A DNA stretch of 15,827 nt from Octopus sinensis (lineage: Eukaryota), in assembly GCF_006345805.1 (NCBI RefSeq), contig NW_021825376.1:1-15827 (forward strand), in the 5' to 3' direction. The position numbers and the translations under genes were made by a program. The notes beneath the pieces are model-generated. The model saw only the letters and a program-made list of their open reading frames with translations. It was not told the DNA's origin and searched no databases. Below, in pieces: positions 9,028 to 15,827 of the stretch; the first letter of the stretch is position 1, and each line of letters begins with the position of its first letter.

Positions 9028-9500
9028 TGAGAAGTATTGTTTAGCGTCACTTACACGTGGCTGTTGTTTAAGAATAAATGATACTGGTATTTTTACCCCG
9101 GGAGGACGCTTCCTCCAGCTGGCTATTCGCTGTGCTTCGCACTCGATATATATATGCATGCGGCGAGGGAACTCTCTATTTCTCTAGCTCGCAGATCACC
9201 ATATTAAATGGCTTCGATTTTATTAGCTCACGGTCTGCGATGGCTACTTGTCTGCCCGATATAGCAGACGTCTCACCCAGGTTACAATATATAGAAAAAT
9301 AGTGGCACATAGTCTCTGGTTTTGCAATTAGTAGAACTCAACTAGGATAGGAGAGAGTTCTCTTTCCGCTTGCAATATGTATTGAGTGCGAATAGCGCAG
9401 AATAGCCAGTGGGAGAAGGCGACACCTTGGGGTCCACACTGCAGTATCACCTGTTCTTAATAAACATCCGCGTTTAAGTGACAATAAACTTTTATTCTCA
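9028..9500. mobile_element. Degenerate foldback or MITE-like element with ~160-bp inverted arms
   Basis: 9028-9187 aligns colinearly to the reverse complement of 9342-9500 (e.g. GTTTAGCGTCACTTACACGTGGCTGTT vs GTTTATTGTCACTTAAACGCGGATGTT; CTGGCTATTC; TTCGCACTC; GAACTCTCT); no TSD identified. Confidence 0.75.
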
Positions 9501-9501
9501 A

Positions 9502-9672
9502 ACTGATAATGTTAACGGCATTTAAAAAAGAGTTTAACCGCATTTTTTTCCGATTCCATGTTCTGAGTTCAAATACCTACGAGGTCGACTTTACATTTCA
9601 TCATTTCCGGACAGTGAAATAAGTAGCAGTCTTGCACTTATTTCAGACTTTGTGCCTTTTGTTAAAAAGATT
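9502..9672 (+). mobile_element. Highly diverged SINE-like element, family 3, ending in an ATT tail
   Basis: GTTCTGAGTTCAAATACC...GAGGTCGACTTT; similarity to 6486-6570; runs into (ATT)n. Confidence 0.5.
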
Positions 9673-9789
9673 ATTATTATTTTTATTATTGTTGTTGTTG
9701 TGTTTGTTATTGTTGTTGTTGTTGTTATTATTGTGTTGTTGTTGTTGTTATTGTTGTTGTTATTATCATTATTATTGTGATTATTATTA

Positions 9790-9842
<53 letters not shown>
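9673..9842. repeat. (TTA/TTG)n
   Basis: Direct reading. Confidence 0.95.
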
Positions 9843-10390
9843 GAGTGAGAGAGCAGTTCATGCCATCAAAGTGACACTGGGGTAAAATATACGAAGCCCA
9901 ATATACCCATCGTGACTACCCGTCTGATAAGGGTACACCAGGCATATGCATCACAACCATATGTGCGCGACATGGTGATCTCATATCAAGGTAAACAGCA
10001 CATGACCTTGCAGGTGGGGCCCAGTTAGAATTTTCTTCAGTCGAGTAACCCATCCTACTTGAAAGGTCCCTGAATAAGGGTTGTTTAAGGATGTTGAAAG
10101 AACCACCCTGTTTCCAGAGTGAATTATTCAACCCCAAAGAATCCCTCTCAACACATGGCTATGACTCCCCCACTTCTGCTCGTGACCAGAGATGCACATA
10201 TCGTCAGCCACTAAGGACATGCTCAACTGGTTAAGGTCAAACAACTGACAAGCAAATCTGTGGTATTGAGCAGAATATTTGCTGTAGCCCATCTTTTATA
10301 CTAAGACAAAACAATGTACATGATAACACTTCCAATCAGTTAAGATCAGAAGCCATGAGAGCCACTGCCTGGTACTGCATCAGGGCATTT
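9843..10390. mobile_element. Full copy (C) of the ~550-bp element
   Basis: End-to-end homology with 5754-6303, same orientation, (ATT)n on both sides. Confidence 0.88.
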
Positions 10391-10409
10391 ATTATGATTA
10401 TTATTATTA

Positions 10410-10455
<46 letters not shown>

Positions 10456-10457
10456 GA
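10391..10457. repeat. (TTA)n
   Basis: Direct reading. Confidence 0.95.
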
Positions 10458-10569
10458 TTTTCAGTCCCTAAATATTTATTCATTCTTTCCTTTTCCTTAT
10501 TCTTTAGTTATTATTTTTTTTTTTAAATATATCTCTGTGTCGTTATTTTGGGGGATATGTTTCCTCTTC

Positions 10570-10732
10570 CGCGTCATCATCATCACTATAATAATGACGA
10601 TGATCATCATCAGCATCGTTGTCGTCGTCCTCGTCGGTATCATCATCATCACTATGATTATCATCACCACCGTTTTCATTCTACGGATAGTAAGCCTTGT
10701 TATTATTGTTGTTGTTGTTATTATTATTATTA

Positions 10733-10768
<36 letters not shown>

Positions 10769-10826
10769 TATCATCATCATCATCATCATCATCATCATTA
10801 TTATTATTTTAAATATCATTCGTTCG

Positions 10827-10893
<67 letters not shown>

Positions 10894-11040
10894 TAATAAT
10901 GATAATAATCGTAATAATAATCATTAATATATTTCTTGTTGTTGCTGTTATTGTTGTTGTTGTAGCTGTGGGTGTTGTTGTTGCTATTGTTCTTGTTCTT
11001 CTTGTTGTTCTTCTTCTTCCTTCCTTTCTTCTTCTTCCAC
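10570..11040. repeat. Trinucleotide mosaic (TCA, TTA, AAT, GTT, CTT)
   Basis: Direct reading. Confidence 0.9.
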
Positions 11041-11256
11041 TTATTAAGACTAAAGCTGTTATTATATTTTTGTTATTTTCATTTGTTAAAGTAAGGCGCC
11101 ACGCCAGCTACCTTACTGCCGCCCTTTCTCTGCACCACCCACCCACCTCTTCACTCCAAATAACTCCTTACCTTCTTAAAAGCCAACTTACAGAGAAGAC
11201 CATTTCTCTAAATTGATCCTCAATTTCCGATTTATTAAATATTATTTTAGGATATG

Positions 11257-11288
<32 letters not shown>

Positions 11289-11629
11289 GCATGTATTGTG
11301 TATGTATGTGTGGTGGGGTTGTGTTGAGGGTGTATTGGTGTCTGTGTATGTGTTTGAAGCTGTAGATAAGGGAATGGTGGGGCGGTGGGATGTGTGGTTC
11401 TGCTGCTGGTTTCCAATTGTGGCTGTGAAACAGAAAATCATACTCACAAATACGCACACATACAAACACACTCATACATATACACACATACATACCTGCA
11501 CACAAAGTTATGCCTAGATGTATATATGAACAAACACACACACCTATATTTATACACACCATATTATCATATAGCTTATACTATGAAATAATATGCAAAT
11601 CTAGATTTATACATATGCACACACCTTAC

Positions 11630-11666
11630 ATATATATATATTATATATATATATATAATATATATC

Positions 11667-11708
<42 letters not shown>

Positions 11709-11800
11709 TGTATGTATATTACCATACATACCGTATGTTACATATATACATATATATACATATATATATATATATTGAATATATATATATATATATACAC
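11630..11800. repeat. Degenerate (TA)n
   Basis: Direct reading. Confidence 0.92.
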
Positions 11801-12082
11801 AGCTTTATATAAGGATATATTATCGTTTCTATTTCCGTATCTATGGTGTATTTTCTATAATCTCTGCTGTTACAAAACGGAAGTATACAATGGCTGCCAT
11901 CTCTGTCTGCGTCTCTCTGGATATTTGCTATCGTCCTTTTTATTTTTTCTTATTTGTCTATGTTATCTTTTGATTTTGTTTTATGCATCTTGTTTGTGTG
12001 TCGTTTGTTTCTATAACAATCCTAAAACGCTGCATTTTATTTATTTCCTCTGATTTTACAGTTTTCATATAGTTTCAGAAAT

Positions 12083-12108
12083 AACGATGACGATGAAGAC
12101 GTCGAAGT

Positions 12109-12155
<47 letters not shown>

Positions 12156-12880
12156 TGATGATGATGATGATGATGATAACGATGATGATGATGATGGTAG
12201 TAATAATATGAATAGTAATAATATTAGAATAATAAATAATAAAAAGGAAAAGAATAATAATGATAATAATAATAATGATGATGATAATAATAATTTTAAT
12301 AATATTAATATTAAAACAATACATATAATATATATATATAATCATAATACCAATATCAATATTAAGGACAACAATCATCATCATCATCATCATCATCATC
12401 ATAACAATAATAATAATAATATCACAATGAAGATAGTGATGACGCTGATGATGACGACGATGATGATGATGATGATGATGATATTGCTGCTTAAATCTGC
12501 ATTGACTTCCGCTTCCTCTTCTTCGTTTTGCTGTTGTTGTTGTTATTGTTGTTTTTGTTATTCTTCTCCCTCTTCTTCTTCGTCTTATACTACTACTGCT
12601 ACTACTACTACTACTACTACTACCACTACTACTACTACTACTACTTCTTCTTCTTCATCTTTCCTTAGTTCGTCTTCGTTAGTGATGGTCATGCAGTTGT
12701 GGCTTGGGGAACTGCTGTTGCTACTACTACTACTACTAGTACTACTACTACTACTACTACTACTACGAATACTACGAATACTACTACTACTACTACGAAT
12801 ACTACTACTACGAATACTACAAATACAACTGCGAATACTACTACTACGAATACTACTGCTACTACTACTACAACTACTGT
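12083..12880. repeat. Trinucleotide mosaic (GAT, AAT, CAT, TTG, CTT, ACT)
   Basis: Direct reading. Confidence 0.9.
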
Positions 12881-13146
12881 TTTTCTTTTTGTTTTGCCGT
12901 TCTTATTGAAGTTATTGCTCAAATGATTACTTTCCCATTATTGTTGTTGTTGTTGATGCTGTATTGTTGATGTCGTGTGCTTTCTTTCGTTCTTGTTCTC
13001 ATTGTCGATGCTGTCTATGTCTTGTTTGGTTTTAAATGTATGTTGTTTATTATTATTTCAATTTCGTAGTTTTTGTTGTTCGTTGCTTATTTTTGCCTTT
13101 CTTATTTATTTTCATTCTTGTTTCTCTTGTAGATGTTATTGATATT

Positions 13147-13177
<31 letters not shown>

Positions 13178-13444
13178 CTACTGCACTTGCTCTTAAATTT
13201 TTTTTAAAAAGTCTTTAATATTTTTTTCATATTGCTTGTTTTTGTAACCGTTTATATTGTTGGTGTTTTTGTTAATAATTTGTATTTTATATTAGAATTC
13301 ATAATTTTTTTCTATCTTCCGGGTCTGCTGTGGTATGGTTTTAGGTGGAGTGGTGATGTCAGGACCCCTCTCCTACTTCGGATATTCTTTTCACCATTTG
13401 CCCTCATATCTCACAACAAATGATATATTTGTATACCATATCAT

Positions 13445-13445
13445 A

Positions 13446-13524
<79 letters not shown>

Positions 13525-13538
13525 ATATCTATATCTAT

Positions 13539-13618
<80 letters not shown>

Positions 13619-13782
13619 ATATATATATATATATATCTATATAATATATATATATATATTATATATGGTTTATCTATTTATCTGTATGTCTGTCTATCTG
13701 TCTAGCTGTCTATCTGTCTGTCTATCTATCTATCTATCTTTCTATCTATTTATCTATCTATCTTTCTATCTATCTATCTATC
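13445..13782. repeat. (CTAT)n with TA and CTGT segments
   Basis: Direct reading. Confidence 0.95.
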
Positions 13783-14109
13783 CTTCTTACGTCCCCCACC
13801 TATCTCTCTATAAAACAATCTATCTACGCCATGCCCCGCCCCCGTAACTTCATTCCATTTCTCATGCCTGTGCCCCTTCTCCTCCTCGCCCCATCCCTCT
13901 CTATATCAATAGTCCCGCAGCCACCTTTCAATTTTAGAAACAAATATATTATCTTTTTTTTTTTATTTTGTTTCTGTCACATTTAAAGTGGAAGATTCGA
14001 GAAGTGATAGCAAAGAGTGTAATATAGTTATATTGATGAACTTACTGAGGAGAGGGATCAAAAAGTATTTCTCTGAGTGCGTGGCAGTTTATTTTTTATA
14101 ATAAAGACT

Positions 14110-14322
14110 TACACACACACACACACACACATACACACACACACACACACACACCACACACACAAGCACGCACACGCACACACATACTTATAGATATATA
14201 ACAATGTACATATACGAATATATATATATATATATTTACACACACATATATATATATGTATATGTATATATATATATATGCATGTATATATGTATATATA
14301 TATGTATATGTATAATATATTA

Positions 14323-14402
<80 letters not shown>
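14110..14402. repeat. (CA)n followed by (TA)n
   Basis: Direct reading. Confidence 0.95.
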
Positions 14403-14515
14403 GTATGACATATTTGTGTTGTGTGGTGTTTGTGTGTGTGTTGTGTGTGGGGAGGGGAACTCTCAGTTTCTGAGAGAGTTCGATTTCCTACACGTAGACA
14501 TATATACTGTTTTGA

Positions 14516-14915
14516 TTTTTCACTTGCTTCAGTCATTTGACTGCGACCATGCTGGATCACCGCATTTAGCCGAGCAAATCAACCCTAGGACATATTCTTT
14601 GTTAGCCTAGAACTTATTCTATCGATCTATTTTGCCGAACCACTAAGTCACGGGGTCCTAAACAAACCAGCATCTGTTGTCCAGCGATGGTAGTGGGACA
14701 AATAGACACGCACACCCACACCCACACCCACACACACACACACACATATATACGACGGGATTCTTTCAGTTTCTGATTACCAAATCCGCTCGCAAGTCTT
14801 TAGTCGCTGAGGAGCTACTGTAGAAGACACATGCCGAAGGTACCACGCAGTGGGACCACACCCCGAACCACGTCGTTGGGAAGCAAGCTTGTTACCACAC
14901 AGCCACGCCTGCGCC
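14516..14915 (-). mobile_element. Apparently full-length SINE family 1: tRNA-like head and CORE-like body (14752-14915), internal (CA/TA)n (~14706-14752), 3' tail module with terminal stem-loop
   Basis: Minus-strand start GGCGCAGGCGTGGCTGTGTGGTAA; body homologous to 1545-1701; tail homologous to 2903-3062 and 15401-15445; inverted repeat CAGTCA-TT-TGACTG at 14530-14543. Confidence 0.82.
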
Positions 14916-15065
14916 TATACGTCCAGAAATATACCCATAAACATGGATATACATATATACATTCATTTATTGTTGTCTAACTTTCAGTACCATAAGAGAG
15001 ATTTATACTATTTTTATTTTGGTCCCACCAGTTTCTTATCGTCTGTGGGTACGCTGTGCCTTCAT

Positions 15066-15115
15066 GAAAATAGAAGTCTCCGACGACGACGAAAATAGAA
15101 GTCTCCGACGACGAC
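15066..15115. repeat. Perfect 25-bp tandem duplication
   Basis: GAAAATAGAAGTCTCCGACGACGAC at 15066-15090 and 15091-15115. Confidence 0.97.
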
Positions 15116-15199
15116 AGCTTGAGACCATCGTCACTTGTGAGAGATGACCTCGGCACAGGAGATATGATCGAAGTTGATTACTGGAAGAGTTCAGGGACT

Positions 15200-15389
15200 G
15201 GTAGACATCACAAATATATCTGTTTAGGTAGATATCACAACTGTGATTATGCAGACATCCCAACTGTCTTTATATACACGTCACAACTGTTATTTTATAG
15301 ACATCACATCTAAATGCGTTTTATGCTGACATAAAAACTAAATATACTTATGTTTACATCATGATTGTGTTCAGGTAGACATCACATGT
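15200..15389. repeat. Degenerate minisatellite, ~8 units of 23-28 bp
   Basis: Core like GTAGACATCACAACTGT starts at 15201, 15228, 15251, 15274, 15297, 15325, 15352 and 15375. Confidence 0.75.
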
Positions 15390-15400
15390 ATATACGTTTG

Positions 15401-15445
15401 TCTTTTACTTCCTTCAGTCATTGGACTGCAGCCATACTTGGACCA
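15401..15445 (-). mobile_element. Short 3'-terminal fragment of the SINE family 1 tail
   Basis: TTTTACTTCCTTCAGTCATTGGACTGCAGCCATAC vs TTTTCACTTGCTTCAGTCATTTGACTGCGACCATGC at 14517-14552. Confidence 0.7.
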
Positions 15446-15639
15446 TGTGGTAAGGTTATCAAGTCCGGGATAGTCTCTACACATGATTGATCCACCTGTA
15501 TTAACAACTGGATACCCTGTACGAACCAGTATCTACGCTTTTCCTTTTCAAGTTTGATACTTATTGCGTCGTTCTCTCTTGTTGAACACTTAAGCTACGA
15601 AAACGCAAAGAATCAGCACCTACTCTCCATTTAACTGGA

Positions 15640-15735
15640 TATATATACAAACAAACACACACACACATATATACATATATATATATGGATATAAGTGTAG
15701 ATATATGTGTGTGTTTGTGTGTGTATATATATATG
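15640..15735. repeat. Mixed (TA)/(CA)/(TG) low complexity
   Basis: Direct reading. Confidence 0.8.
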
Positions 15736-15827
15736 CATGTGACGGAAGTTACTGGAAAAACAATAAGTATTTGCAAACAGGTCTCCCTTCATCGAAAACC
15801 GGTGATTGCCGTACGTCGAAGACAGAC

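Noticed and set aside
8621-9187. 188-aa ORF with normal-looking composition
   Set aside because: It runs antisense through a TSD-flanked SINE and into the foldback arm, so it is a chance open frame.
15200-15389. CRISPR array
   Set aside because: Eukaryotic context, degenerate repeats, spacers of only ~6-11 bp and no cas genes.
15781-15805. Minus-strand CGATGAAGGG resembling a PLE hammerhead core
   Set aside because: The core lacks CUG, and no stem II-GAAA follows.

Overview
AT-rich, non-coding eukaryotic DNA dominated by microsatellites and interspersed repeats. The SINE types and repeat landscape resemble, from memory, a coleoid cephalopod (Octopus-like) intron or intergenic region; this is inference, not a search result. 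No protein-coding gene is supported. Nearly all listed ORFs are translations of simple repeats or lie inside repeats. Supported content: three kinds of tRNA-derived SINE (one with an 11-bp TSD), three copies of an unclassified ~550-bp element (the two full copies embedded in (ATT)n), a ~470-bp degenerate foldback (MITE-like), an 87-bp loopless palindrome, an 86-bp direct repeat flanking ~595 bp, and a minimal type I hammerhead-ribozyme-like motif in a short Penelope-like terminal fragment.
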